Assembly: GCA_030704615.1 (NCBI GenBank) | Contig: CM060731.1 | Coordinates: 17,670,001 to 17,734,000, forward strand | Length of the DNA stretch: 64,000 nt | Source: Takakia lepidozioides | Lineage: Eukaryota; Plantae; Bryophyta | Direction of reading: 5' to 3' | Part shown: in pieces, positions 12,918-26,445 of the stretch | How positions within the stretch are numbered: position 1 is the stretch's first letter | Layout: every line of letters starts with the position of its first letter | Position numbers and translations under genes: made by a program | Notes under the pieces: generated by a model | Seen by the model: only the letters and a program-made list of their open reading frames with translations | Databases searched by the model: none | Told to the model about the DNA's origin: nothing

Positions 12918-15900
12918 ATGGCGTCTGCGGTCGTCTTCACCCATGAACATCACCGGAATCAGCACATTCTAAGCCGCGAGGACGCCATGAAGAAAGCTTC
13001 AAAGATTCCTAAGCTTGATGTGGAGACCTCAGATGACTCGCGGACCCGAAAGAGGAAGTCTATGAGTCTTAACGAAGAGGGAGTGAAAGAAGCACAGAGT
13101 GGCACCGGATTTAGCACCGATGCGACTACCACTGTCGACCTCTCTGCTCTTTCCAAAGACGACAGGAAGGATCTTCGTAAGAGGCTTCGACTTAACCTTG
13201 AACAGGTCAAGAATATTGCGGTGAAAATCGGAGCAAGGCTAGAGCAGCTTAAGTTGCAGCCGCATCTGGCAGACCGTGGCGTCCGCCCGAGCAACAGTGA
13301 TGCCCATCTTTCAAGAACAGACAACGGAGGCTCTGCTGGGAAGGAAGTGACTTCTGAACCTGCATCGACTTCCGGTGAGACCCCTCATGCTCTTTCTCTT
13401 AGGGAGGCTCGGCTGGCCCGGCAGCCTAGCGTGATTGTGTCGGAAGGGCTGCAGGGTACACCGGGTTTTCAAGGGAAGGAGAAGCGCACCCCAAAGGCAA
13501 ATCAGTTGTACTTGAACTCGGAGTTTGTTTCGGGCAAGGATAAAATGCCTCCTCCTGAAAAGCTGAAACCCAAGGCTGCGTCAGGGGTCAAACGAGGGGC
13601 GCAAGGGAAGGCGGATGGAAAGACTGCAAAGAGACAAAAGGTTGAGGCCGCCCGTTTGAAGCGCATGAATGATCTTCTGAAGCAGTGTGGGACTGTCTTG
13701 AAGAAGCTCATGGCTCACAAGCATGCGTGGGTCTTCAATGATCCTGTGGATGCAGAGAAGCTTGCCCTCCATGACTATCACAAGGTTATTAAGAGGCCTA
13801 TGGATCTTGGCACCATAAAGAAAAACATGGAAAGTGGTATGTACGCTTCTCCCAAGGAGTTTGCTGATGATGTCTATCTCACCTTCTCAAATGCGATGAC
13901 CTACAATCCCCATGGTCATGATGTATACGTAATGGCCGAGGCGTTGAAAACTTTGTTCAATGGGCGGTGGAAGGACATCGAACGGAAGTATGAGGAAGAG
14001 AAGTCCCATATTGTTATCGAAGAGGCGGCCCTTGCCACAGACGGGCCCTCTGGTCAAAGCGAGATACAAGATCTTAAGCAGCATTTACGGAGAGTGGAAG
14101 ATCAGATGAAGGTCTTAACTACTAAATCTAGGCCAGCTCCAGTGGGCAGGAGTGCAGCACAGGCTAAGCCAAGGCCAGACGATCTGGAGAAACGGCCGAT
14201 GACTTTTGATGAAAAGCGAAAATTGAGTGTGAACCTGGAAGGTCTTCCTGGTGACAAGTTAGAGCGCATTGTGCAAATCATTAAAAAGAGGAATCCGGAT
14301 TTAAGTCAGCATGAAGACGAAATAGAGGTCGATATAGACTCGTTTGACAATGATACTTTGTGGGAGCTGGATCGGTTTGTAACAAACTGTATGAAGAGCA
14401 GAGGGAAAAACAGGAAGAAGGCTAGTGCTAAGGCGCAGTTCGCGCATTCTGGAGCTGTGCAGGTACATTTCCTAGTGTCGGTCGTCTTCCCTATAAGCAG
14501 GCTGTCTATACTTTTTTCTTGGTTTTGTTGTTTGTTTACCTTAATAAGGCCTTTATTGATGAGTTGTCGCATTTTGGCTGCAGTCTCCGGATGCAGTTGT
14601 TGAGACCCCCAGAAAGGCGCGCACAGGTACTGAACAGGTCCTACTGTTGAATCGCCACTTCATTTGGAGCTGGTTCGACCTGGATTCGTTGGCGATTTTG
14701 TCTATCAACGAGTTTTCACAGACGTTTCTGTTGGCTGTTTTGCAGGTGGAGATGCCGGTGAGGAAGATGTCGATATAGATGATGACTTGGCGCCTGCTCA
14801 ATTTGCCCCTGTGGTGATAGACAAAGATGGTGGTGGCGAAGCTGGATGTGCCAGTAAGACTAGTAACTCCAGCAGTGACAGCAGTGATTCTGGATCGTCA
14901 TCAAGTGGTATGTGCAGTGGACCTAACCGTTTGTGTAGTTATTCCATCACATTGCTTTTTGCATGCGATTGATATGTTGATGCCTGCTATACCTCACACA
15001 TTGATGGAAGTTTTTGTACTCACATCCTGCTGAAATGTCCGGTGGAGCTTGGCAGACTCTGATTCTGGGAGCTCATCTGGAAGTGAATCAGAGGCAGATG
15101 AAGCCCAGTCTGCAGATGCAGGGTCCAAGGCTTCACATGACAAGGTGTGAAATTGTGACGGGATCCTACAACTAAGTCAAGTTAGAGGGGTTATGAGCCA
15201 GTGTTGGAATTCTTGGCCAACTCATGACCTGCACTTGGCCTAGATGTGGTTTCTTGCATGGCAGGCAGCTGTGTTTCATTTTCTTGCAGGAGGCAAAGTT
15301 TCTACTCTGAAGAATTTGGTTGCTGTAGCTTTTGGCTTTACTGCAAGGCAAGAGGGCCATGATACTTTTTGAACTTACTGTGGAGAGGAGGCTGAAAATG
15401 CCTGCCCTTGTGGAATGTCCACCGCCACCACTGCAGGAACCCGTGGGTTCAGGTGCTGTCCGCGAGCTAAAGGGCAGCCCCGCCCCCGAGACTGACATTG
15501 CGAAAAGTGCGTGCTCACTGGATGCACAGTTTGCATTCACTTAATTGTTTTGTTTATCTACAGGTTGAACTGATCTGCCTTTTATACATTGGTTACAATA
15601 TTTTGATATGGTGGAAGCGGAAGTTTCTGAGCTTTTGTAAGTAGGAGGACATGCTTATTAGTAGATGTGTCATTAAACTGGAGTGCTGTGCTTACCTCAC
15701 CAGGGGAAGATCTGATATCAGCAGAAGCCCCTAATCTGGAGAGAGAGGCCTCTCCTGAGAGGCAAGTATCCCCCGAGAGGCTAGCTGCTCCTGAGAGGCA
15801 GGTGTCGCCAGAGAAACAACTCCGGGCTGCACTGTTGAGGGGGAGGTTTGCTGATACCATACTTAAAGCCAAGGAGAAGACTTTACCAGTAAATAAGGTG

Positions 15901-16963
15901 GGTTTACGTCATGTGGAAAGTGTCTTAGTATGTCTCAGTATAGATATTAATCGTTTTCCCTCCTGGTCTTGTCTGCTGTGCTTATCTGAACTTCATAAAA
16001 AATACTAACAATGTGCATTGCAGCAGAATGACAAGGTGGATCCAGAAAAGCTAAGAAAAGACCGCGAGGAGCTAGAGAGACATCAAAAGGAAGGTGGGGG
16101 TTTATATATGGCTGACCACATGCCTTGGATCTAGTTTCTGAATATGAGTGGGCGTGTAAGTTGATTCTGTATGCCTTGTTGATGGGATGGGACAGGAATT
16201 TGGAGCTAGTAGTTGTGGTTTGGTTGTGGATGTGCAGTTCCGGCTTTCAGGTTACCAGCAGATTTTTGTGTCTGGTTTGCTCTGAAATAATTAGTGGTGG
16301 TATGGGTTTAACTCTGGTGGTATGAGTTGAAATGCTAAAATTTTGAAACTGCATGTGTAATCCAGAGAGAGCCCGTCTGCAAGCTGAAGCTAAGGCTGCA
16401 GAAGTAGCCAAACGGAAAGCTGAAGAACAGGTTGCACTCGAAGTGAAACTAAAGAGGGAGGTGGAGCGCCAAGCTGCACGGCAGGCTCTTCAACAAGTAT
16501 GTTATCCATGTTTCCAAATTTACCAATTTCTGGAGTTGCGATTGTATGGTAACCAGAAGATCCATGTCTATGTACATCTCAATTACGTTACTGTGAATGT
16601 AATTGTTCTTACTTGACTGTGGAGCTTTTACTTGGTGTTTGTCAACAGATGGAGAAAACCGTAGAAATTGATGAGAACAGTGAGATCTTGAAGGATCTGG
16701 AGAGGTTAAGGTCTGTCTCTATGGATCAAATCGTGGGAAGTTCAGGTGAGGAGGCGAGCCCTGGCGAAGGCTCCCCTGATGGGCTCCCAGCATTCGCCCT
16801 TCAAGGTGGAAACCCTCTCGAGCAATTAGGTTTGTTTATGAAAGATGATGAAGATGAAGATGAGCATCATGGAGGGGAGAATGATAAGATAGAACAGGCG
16901 AAGTCTGAACAAAATGTAGATACAAATGGAGATGTAGATGTGGAGGAAGGAGAGATAGACTAG
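12918..16963 (+). CDS. GTE: GTE/BET-family bromodomain and extra-terminal domain transcription regulator, ~8 exons
   Basis: Bromodomain ([30 protein letters not shown]), ET domain ([27 protein letters not shown]), Ser-rich linker, [24 protein letters not shown]-terminal [11 protein letters not shown] and DVEEGEID. Confidence 0.95.
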
Positions 16964-18809
16964 CAAAGTGTGCACGGAAAGAGTATATGTTCAAAGTGAG
17001 GTTTGCAAGAACCTCACATAATCTTACATCTACTATGTGTAAGTGGTAGATGGAGAAATGTGTAGTTTGAAAGTCAGCATGCACCTACCACTCAGGTGGG
17101 CAGTTTGCTGGCATGTATGATGTAACAATCATTGTGCGGGAAAGATTTATGTTGGCTAAAGGACAGTTGAGATTAGAGAAATTCCATTCGATCATGTCCC
17201 TATCAATTCATGAAACTGGAAATTTGGAAGAGAAATTTTGTGAATTACGTGAAATCTCTAAAGCTGATGGGTTATAGCTGGAAATTGTGTTAAGCTGAAT
17301 GTTTGGTACGTCAGGATAAGTAACCAGAAATCATATCACTTTAAGATGGGGAACCAGACGGTGATATGAATGGAAAAACATTCTAAGCATCTTGTCCATA
17401 CATAGCAGAAGGAAACTGAGTACATTAATGTCTTTGTATTTGTATATTTAGGGCTGTCTTTTCTCACCACTATTGCATCAATATGGTTGAATGAGGGCAA
17501 AGATTTGAATTGATCACAATTCATCACTATCTGGCTAGCTTCCAACTGAACACTAGATTTAGTAAGGTAAAGAGGTAAAAGAATTAGGAGAATGTGGTGA
17601 GAGAGAGAACCTGCTCAACATGTACGCTCACACAGGTTTGCCATGCACACCTAGTCAGCTGTTGGAAGTCGTAGGTGTCTGTCACCAAACAAACACCTTC
17701 GAGGTCTTAATACTTGGAGTATGTTGGCCTACCGCCAAACAGACACCTCTGACCCCACAGGGGGACGGATGAATCTCTCTGACCACACAGGCCAAATTTC
17801 ACGTTTTAAAATTCAAGCAGAATGTTGAAGGCATCAAGTCGCCTGCAGTACGTGCTCTAAATGCCAATTCTACTTGTGGGACCGCTGGGATGCTGTGTAA
17901 AACAGGCATATACCTATGCAGCGTATGGCCACTTCCTGGGGGCCTATTTTCAGCTCACTCTCCCTATTAATTAATAGCCTCCTCCAAATTTAATTTTTAG
18001 AGGGCCCTAGGACCTCCCTTAGGAGTTCACTAGGGCACCTTCGTCTTCAAGTGGGAGCAGTGCACCATCTGCACCCGCCGTTGCTATATGTACTCGAGCT
18101 TGTGGCTTCAGGCTGCCACAGATGGTTCTGGAAGCCTGCCCACGTGTGCTCACCCCCTCTCTAAACCGCATTAGCCCTCAGGTTGTCGCTGATGGCCAGG
18201 CGCTACCAGAACCTTGGCCTGCACACGTCTTTCTCCTATGGCTGTATCCATCCATCCCTGATACCCCGGATCTCCCTCGTTCCCACCGGCTCTATGTCCA
18301 CCAACCATCCTTAATTGAAACTTGCTTAAACTTTCCTTCCTATTTTTTTGCACCCCCGTTTCTCGCCCAAAGCCACTTTTGCTCGATCCATTCCCTCCTT
18401 TTGTAGTTCTTGAATCATCCTCTAATCCTCATAGCCCACACAAACTTGGAGGGGTTATAACATTTCTATTCATTTGAAGATGGTTCAGGTTTCAAATACG
18501 TGGGATTATTTTTTTGGTTTCAAGTGCGGAGAAGAAGTGGATGGCTCCGCGAAAGGTGGTGAGGAGGTTGAGGGACTTAGAAAAAATTCCCTCTCATCCT
18601 CGACCTCACCTAGCGACGAGCATCCTTCGCTAGCTGTTGGGTGTTCATCCCGTCTTATTCATCTATTGTCTTCTAAATCTCCCTGCTTAAGGTGATTTAT
18701 CTCTTCAACCGGATGTTTCTCTCTCGCTCCTTCAAGCCCCGGTTATCAGCATCGCGTCGCGTCACGTCCGTCCGTCAACGTCAGGTCACGTCAGACCGGT
18801 CTGACACTG

Positions 18810-19380
18810 ACTCGGTCGCTTAATTTTTAAAATATATAGAAAAACAAACGACCGCCATATGGCGGTCAGTAAATTTAAAATTATATAAAAATAAACAAGC
18901 GACATATGAAAATAAAAGCGACCGCCACACCGGTGGTCACTTGTTTTAAAACAATACAATATTTGCGACAATCAAACCGGCGGTCGCGTCAATTTTAAAA
19001 TATATATTAAGTTTAAGCGACCGCCAGCCTGGAGGTCACTTAAACTTGAAAATATAAAGTTTAAAAGCAACCGCCTTACCGGCGGTCGCGTTTTTTTTTA
19101 AATATTAAAAATAAAAGCGACCACCATATTGGCGGTCGTTTTATTTTAAATATATTAACAAATGAAGCGACCGCCATACCGGCAATCGCATTATATTTTG
19201 AAATAAAAAATAATAGCGACCGCCATACAGGCGGTCGCTTAAATTTAAAAATATACAAAATAGAAGTGATCGCAATATTACACCAAATGAAAGGAAATAA
19301 AAGCGACCGCAGTAGTGGCGGACACTTATTTTTCATAAAAAAATAAAAATAGCGACCGTAGTATTAGCAGTCTCTTAATT
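18810..19380. repeat. Left subterminal array of palindromic GCGACCGCC-N4-7-GGCGGTCGC units
   Basis: About 10 copies separated by AT-rich spacers. Confidence 0.9.
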
Positions 19381-19669
19381 TCAAAATTCCAACAAATATG
19401 GTTGTACAACCTTTTTCGGGTGGGCGCTATTGGTTCGTCATTTATTCATTTCACTTTCATTTCACTTTCATCCTTCTTGGATCATATATAAGGGATGAGG
19501 GTCACCAAGCTCCTCACTTCTTTTGGCGCAAACACTTGAGGTTGATCTGGATGTTCTCTTCCATTGAACGAGAGTGTAGCCCAAGAGGAGGGTGCGCACC
19601 TTTTGCCGTTGTGGCTTCCACCAAAGCCACTTCAGCAGATTGTGATGCCTCTGCAATCCAGGCGAAACT

Positions 19670-21535
19670 CTAACTTCTTGATGGTGGATCGGTTGGTGAC
19701 GGTGACGAGCAGTCTAGAGCACACCATCATCGATCCTCAATGGGATGCGTACACACGGACATTGCGGGATTCCAGAAAAACCAAGTCATTGGGCAAAAGT
19801 CGAAAAGTTCGAAATAGCATTCGCAGCGATGATTTCTGGAAGAAATGTGAAAACTTTGTTTATATGGTAAAGCCGGTGTTAATCGTCTTGCGGGAGTTTG
19901 ATGGAAAGCAACCAGTAATGGACAAGACATGGTTACTAATGCAAAATCTTGAGAAGCACGTCCAATCCTTAAGGCATCCTCTCCTCCCTTCTCCTTGGAA
20001 CTTGAACTTGCGGACACTGCTGAGGATGCATTTTACGACCGTCGTTCGATGGTTTGAACGGACTTGCATTATGCGAGGGGCTTTGCTCAATCCATTCTTG
20101 CTCGACAATACCATGCTCCGAGACGACGCTGATGCCAAGGTCGGCCTCGTGCGAGTGCTCATGCGACTGGCTCCGCCGAACCATGCAGAGAGAGCTATAT
20201 CCGAGTACCAATGCTTCTCAAATCGCCGTGACCCTTTTGAGGACATGCCGGATCCAAAAGAGCTCAATATGTTGTCACATGAAGGGTGGGATCTGATTGG
20301 AGCTGGAGCAAGAACATTGGCTCCCATTACGAAGCATATTTTTGCTCAAGTGTGCTCTGCCTCATCTTGCGAACGCAATTGGAGCAGTTACTCATTTGTT
20401 CACAACAAAATTCGCGATAGGTTGAATCCCGCGAGGGATGACAAATTGGTGTATGTGTATACCAATTGCCGACTTCTACGTGAGAGGGCAGCGGATGATG
20501 CTGCAGCATGGTATGAGATGAATTTGCATTCCGAAGACTCTGCTTCTGAGGTTGATTCGATGAGTGACGATACTGAGCCTTAGAGAGAATCATCTCAGAG
20601 GGAATCATTTGCCTCCGATAGTGAAGATGGATCGAAAATGCGTATGACCCGTTTACATTCAGCGAGGATGATGCTTATATCCAGCCGACCTTTGATGACC
20701 TTCTTGAAGAAGTGCGTATCGCAGATGAAGGTGAAGCTGCAATTGTGTCATCCCTAGAACATGGTCCTCAAAATGAAGTTGGGGTCGACCCTCGCCCCCC
20801 ACTACACGCTGAAGCCACCGGTAGTGCCCCAATGGAGCTTAGGGGTGATGTACTTCCAGGACCGATGGACGTACGCAACCCTGTTCATACAAACAATGGT
20901 GTCGAACCCATTGTACAGTCGACACGACGGGATCATGCCTCACCGATACGACCAGCTCCACCACAATGCCAAAACCGATCCAGCTCTCTATCAACACAGC
21001 GGGCATTAAGGAGCAACAGGTTGATCTGTTTTCCACACGCACGCATCATTCTGCTGCATTAGACCGGGCGGAAGTTGAAGCCTCGGATGATGACAACCTG
21101 TCACTACAATCCCACCTTAACCGACGTGTTGCGCAGCAAACCCGTGGTTCTTTACATGCCGGACCATCTAATGTCGGTCCATCTCGGGCAGACCCCCTTC
21201 CAGTACCTCTTTCGAGACCACCTTCGATTGCGTCCCAAGTCCATAAACGACAAAGAACAGTCCAACCTTTTATAGGCGATCGGCCCACAAACAGGCCAGA
21301 TATCGTGGATGGTATTCAAGACCGGAGTGGGAGTCGACCTCAGAGAGAACTAAATATGGTTCGAGGTCGCTTGCAGATTCAAAAGCCTAGACATATGAGG
21401 TCGGATAGGGAGGACGATTCCAGCACTGATCATGGCAACGGTAGTGAAGTCGAGGGTGACCCGGATTTTCAACCCATCGGAGCATTAGGATTAAGATCTT
21501 CTTTGTTCCGCCGTCGAAGCAGTAGAAGGAATTGA
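19670..21535 (+). pseudogene. 5'-truncated hAT transposase with C-terminal dimerisation domain and a disordered, frameshifted tail
   Basis: NFLMVDRL, FWKKCENFVYMVKPVLIVLREFDG, AQVCSASSCERNWSSYSFVHNKIRDRL..KLVYVYTN; N-terminal BED finger and first catalytic region not seen. Confidence 0.85.
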
Positions 21536-21804
21536 AGCAAAACAGCTGTAGGCATGCATCAGCACATTTTAGTGGACATGTTTATATTTCTGTAGTGAAG
21601 TAATATCAGTGTGATCATTGTCACTATGAGTATTTGTATTGCTGTTGTGTATGTGTTGGAAAATAAAAAATGTTGTCCATGTGTATACCAGCCAAAATGT
21701 CGGCCAAAGGCACCGTCACTTGCTTATGTTTGTGTTCGGTGATTTGCTTGTGGAATGGAGAACAATTGTGTCATGCTTCCAACTGTGCATTCATTTTCAT
21801 TTAA

Positions 21805-22485
21805 ATGGAGCGACCGCCAAGGTGGCGGTCGCTTCTACGAGGCTGCCTTGCACGTGGAGCGAGGCATGAGGCGGGGGGGAGGTATAAGCTCCCAGTCATT
21901 CTCCCCGACCGCCATTTCTGGCGGTCGCTATAATGGTTATTTTTAAAAATGCAGCGACCGCCATTACTGGCGGTCGCTTTTTTTTTTTTTTTTTTGGAAA
22001 TGGGGCGATCGCCACCACTGGCAGTCGTTTTTTTTTTTTAAATGAAGCGACCGCAAAGGTAGCGGTGGGTTCTACGAGGTCTGTCATGCGCGTAGAGCGA
22101 GGAATGGGGAGGGGGGGTATACATGGCAGTCGCTTTTATTTTATTTATTTTGGAAATAAAGCGACCGCCATTACTAGCGGTCGCTTTCATTTTAATTATT
22201 TTGGAAATGAAGCGACCGCCGTTACTCGCTTTCTTGTTTTTTGGAGGAAAATGGAGCGACCGCCATTAGGGGCGGTCGCCGCTATTGTTGTTTTTTGTAA
22301 TTGCAGCGACCGCCATTAGTGGCGGTCGCTTTTATTTAAATTTGGTTGGAAATGGAGCGACCACCATTTGTGGCGGTCGCTTCTACGAAGTGTGCCCTGT
22401 GCATGGAGCGAGGAGTGAGGCGGGGGGAGGGGGGCATATAAGCTCCGACTCATTCTCCCCTCACTTCCATTACAGGCGGTCGTCA
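21805..22485. repeat. Internal third array of GCGACCGCC..GGCGGTCGC palindromes
   Basis: About 10 copies with T-rich spacers, embedded in longer ~250-300-bp repeats. Confidence 0.85.
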
Positions 22486-22559
22486 TGGGTTCCGAATGCT
22501 TGCATTACTACACGCTCCATGTCTTTAAAAGGCAGCACATTCTATTTATTCTCAATCTC

Positions 22560-24130
22560 ATATTACACTTGCACGTATCAGAGGGTACATTGAATACACT
22601 GGCCAAGTTTCAAAGTGAACGAAAATCATTTGGATGGGCAACCATCCGTTGGCCCATTGAACGAATTTCGATTGATCTCATATTACTTTGGGGCCTCTTA
22701 CATGGCACATTGAACATAGTGGCCAAGTCTCAAAGCAAACCAAAATCATTTCGATGGCCAACCATCCGTTGAGCCATCGAATGAATTTCGATTGATATCA
22801 TATTAGTCCAAGACCTGTGAGAGGGTGTCTCAAACGTAATGGCAAAGTTTGGAAGCAAACAAAAATAATTTGGATGGGCAACCATCCGTTCACCCATTGA
22901 ACGAATTTCGATTGATCTCATATTACTTTGGGGCCTCTTACATGGCACATTGAACATAGTGGCCAGGTCTCAAAGCAAACCAAAATCATTTCGATGGCCA
23001 ACCATCCGTTGAGCCATCGAATGAATTTCGATTGATATCATATTAGTCCAAGACCTGTGAGAGGGTGTCTCAAATGTAATGGCAAAGTTTGGAAGCAAAC
23101 AAAAATGATTTGGATGGGCAACCATCCGTTCACCCATTGAATGTATTCCGTTGGATCTGCTATTGCTTTGGGACCTGTTGGACTTGTGTTTCGCATACTC
23201 ACGATTTTTTTTGCGAGCGAAATTCATTTGGATCCAGTTTCTTCCCTGTTTTGCACTCCAAACTTGATTTTGTGTTCTACTTCATGCACTCTTTACAGAG
23301 AGTTCTGCAATAGTGAGCGAAGAGAACACTTTTTTTTTGGGGCATTTTTTATTGGTCCAAATTTTTGGCGGGGAAGTAGCGGTGGGATGCTGGAAGCCGC
23401 AAAACAAAATTGAGCCAAAAAAAAAATCAATGCGTGCTAGAAACCTCCAATGAAAGGCAGTGCAAACCTATTTATTGGCTTAAAATAAATTAAAATTCAA
23501 TTAAATTGTGGAATGGCTTGAGGGGGGAGCGTGTCGATGGGGAGGCAAATGATTTATTCGTTGTGTCTCCGCAAATGTGTCGCACACATGTTCAAGCACA
23601 TGCGGGAAAAAGAGGGGCTTCAACCACATCCGTTCAATGGGTGCAATAGTCGTGCACGCATTGCAGGATTTCTTTTTCGCATTGAACAAAAACCAGATGA
23701 CAAGTGAACGCCTCATTGGACAATCGAACGAATTTCAATTGATCTCGTATTACACTGGGACGTATCAGAGGGTACATTGAACACACTGGCCAAGTTTCAA
23801 AGCGAACGAAAATCATTTGGATGGGCAACCATCCGTTGGCCCATTGAACGAATTTCGATTGATCCCATATTACTCTGGGGCCTCTTACATGGCACATTGA
23901 ACATAGTGGCCAAGTCTTAAAGCGAACCAAAATCATTTCGATGGCCAACCATCCGTTGAGCCATCGAATAAATTTTGATTGATCTCATATTAGTCCGGGA
24001 CCTAATACATGGTATGTTGAACATAGTGGCAAAGATTGAAAATAAACGAAAATCATTTGGATGAGCAACCATTCAATCGCCCATTGAATGAATGGGGTTT
24101 CGTCTTCGATTAAACTGGGACCTGTTACAT
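22560..24130. repeat. ~120-bp satellite-like tandem repeat (240-bp dimer unit) in two blocks, 22560-23180 and 23690-24130
   Basis: Recurrent ATGG(G/C)CAACCATCCGTT..CCAT(T/C)GAA(C/T)GAATTTCGATTGAT; 22620-22860 nearly identical to 22860-23100. Confidence 0.9.
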
Positions 24131-24144
24131 GGTATGCCCTTTGA

Positions 24145-25680
24145 AGCTCTTTTTGTAGTGTCTCCTGCCTCGTAATGCGGTGCTTCTCCATGTCCACTTT
24201 ATCCAATATGTTGATATTCTCCACCTGGAACAGAACCACACATGTGTGCAGAAATCCTTAAAAAAACAAGTGACCATCTCCACTTTTATAAGCCTCATTC
24301 CCAACTTCCAGTTTTAATGGTCATTTGGTTTTTTAAGTCTTTATATACGCATGTGTGGATATGTTCCAGATGGAAGATGTTAACATTGGAAAAATAAGAG
24401 TTGGAGAAACACCTCATTACGAAGCAAAAGACATTACAGAAGACCTCAGCATGTTGAACATTTGGATGAAGAACCTTGCCCATCGTCGCTTCAAAGTTCT
24501 AGCGCTTCTGAAATGATCACATGTTTGTTGGTGGAAGCAGATCTCGTAGGCCACATTGATCTTGTACCCATCGAAGACTCCTGTAGGCCACATTGAATGG
24601 TTCATGTGATACATTTTCACAAATGCGATGTGATATATTTGTGAAATGGTATCACATCAACCGTTTAATGTGGCCAATGCACCTCTTCCGCACCATGGCG
24701 GAAAGTTCGCCACATGAAAGCACAAACACAAATAATCCGTGCAAACAATCTCAAGAATCATATGTATTGCAAAGTGTTTCATACTACCGATGTTCATATA
24801 GCTGAATTATTTAGGAATCGTTTTGCTACTCCCATGCCAACAACATCAGGTCCACTGCGACTGTCATTTTCTGAATTCCATATCAGACACCACAGACATG
24901 AAACCAAGAACTTCGCACAAAATCTCCAATTCATTCAAAATATGGTGGGCCATGGCTGCAGCCTGCAAGCTGGCCGGGGTGGCTGATACGTCCGTTTGAA
25001 CATGACAGTCTCAGAGAACGTTGGCATGGGAATAGCAAAAAGAGTACTACAGAATTCAGCTAGAGGAATAACAATAGCATGAAACACCTTACTGTAAATA
25101 TGATTGTTGACATTGGTTGTGACAGCTCTAATCAATAGAGAACTCGCACCATCAGTTGCGCTCCAGCAGCAGTACCGGTCCCCCGAGTAAATAAATTTCC
25201 GTTGTAAATAATAAATTGCATACGCTCGAACCTCACAGATGTCATTTCAACAAAACCGACTGTGTATTGTGGCACTGTTTGTAACTTCAAATGTTTCAAT
25301 GTTTCTGACAGGGTACTGAGAAAATGATATGTTGGCCCATAGGAGTTAGACAACAAACGTTTCATATCTCATTCAACTGTGCGACACTACCATGAGTAGC
25401 ATGGATCAAAAAGTAATAGGTGTACATGCGACCTCCGCACGTTCAAGTAGACCATTTGCTGGACCTAGTATCAAACGTTCGGAGGTCGCATGTGCACCTA
25501 TTACTTTCCGATCCATGCCTCTCATGGTAACGTTGCACAGTTGAATGAGATGTGAGACGTTTGTTGTCTAACTCCTATGGAACTAATACATCGTTTTCTC
25601 ATAACCCTATCCGAAACCTTGGAACATTACAAATATAAACAGTGAGTCAGTACACAAACCATTTATGTTGCGATGACAGA
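24145..25680. repeat. Four consecutive long inverted repeats (24145-24446, 24586-24675, ~24750-25110, 25187-25680 continuing at 44056-44108)
   Basis: Arm-to-arm reverse complementarity checked by eye, e.g. CCATAGGAGTTAGACAACAAACG / CGTTTGTTGTCTAACTCCTATGG. Confidence 0.9.
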
Positions 25681-26390
25681 TGTCGCGGCCCTTTGCCTTG
25701 AGGGCAGGGGGTCGGGACACAAGAAAGGCTGCCCCTGTGGTGGGGGCAGTGGCAACAATAGATGCGGGGGCTGAAGCACCCTTGAGTGCCCAAGGCACTC
25801 AAGGAGGCGGAGACGCTCACTAGGTGGAACCCCGCACACTGGGTTGCGGTGGGGGTGGTTCCACATAGGGTGGTGGTAGCTTAGTGGGTCTTAGTGGGGG
25901 TGGCATAAGACTCACCATGGGGCGGAGACCTTGTGGTGGGAGTCGTGGGGAGTCTTGGGACTCATCACGGTCCAATGGGGCCGTGGTGGGTGGGCCAAGA
26001 CTCACCGCGACTCATCACCGGGAATCGATGGTCTTCGTGGTGGTTCGCCATAAAATGGCATGGTTGTTTGTGGAACCCCCGCGGACAGTCACAGAAGTAT
26101 ATATAAGGAGTAGTAACCCCGAGAATGGTGCAAGCCCGTTGGTGACAAAAAACCAGTGAGTGAACGAGCAAGCCGGAAAGCGACCAAGGTGTGGGGAGCT
26201 ATTCCGGATTGCCATCTACCAAAGGGAATTTCCACTAGGCCCAAATTGGTGGAGGGTCTTTTGGAGGAGCAAAGGGGGACCGTTATGTCCCGGTGAGCAG
26301 TCGAAGCTCCGAGTTGGCCCGAGCGGCCACTTTGGGAGTTCGGCGGGCGCATCAAGTGACGGGGAGCTCACCGAAGTGAGGTGCGCGACA
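25681..26390 (+). repeat. 5' LTR (710 bp)
   Basis: Direct repeat of 43392-44050; TATATAA near 26098; followed by the PBS. Confidence 0.95.
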
Positions 26391-26392
26391 CT

Positions 26393-26404
26393 TGGTATCA
26401 GAGC
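26393..26404 (+). promoter_or_regulatory. Primer-binding site (tRNA-iMet)
   Basis: TGGTATCAGAGC 2 nt after the LTR. Confidence 0.9.
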
Positions 26405-26445
26405 TTAGAGTTCAGTACGCGATCGTCCTTGAGATCGGCCTCATC

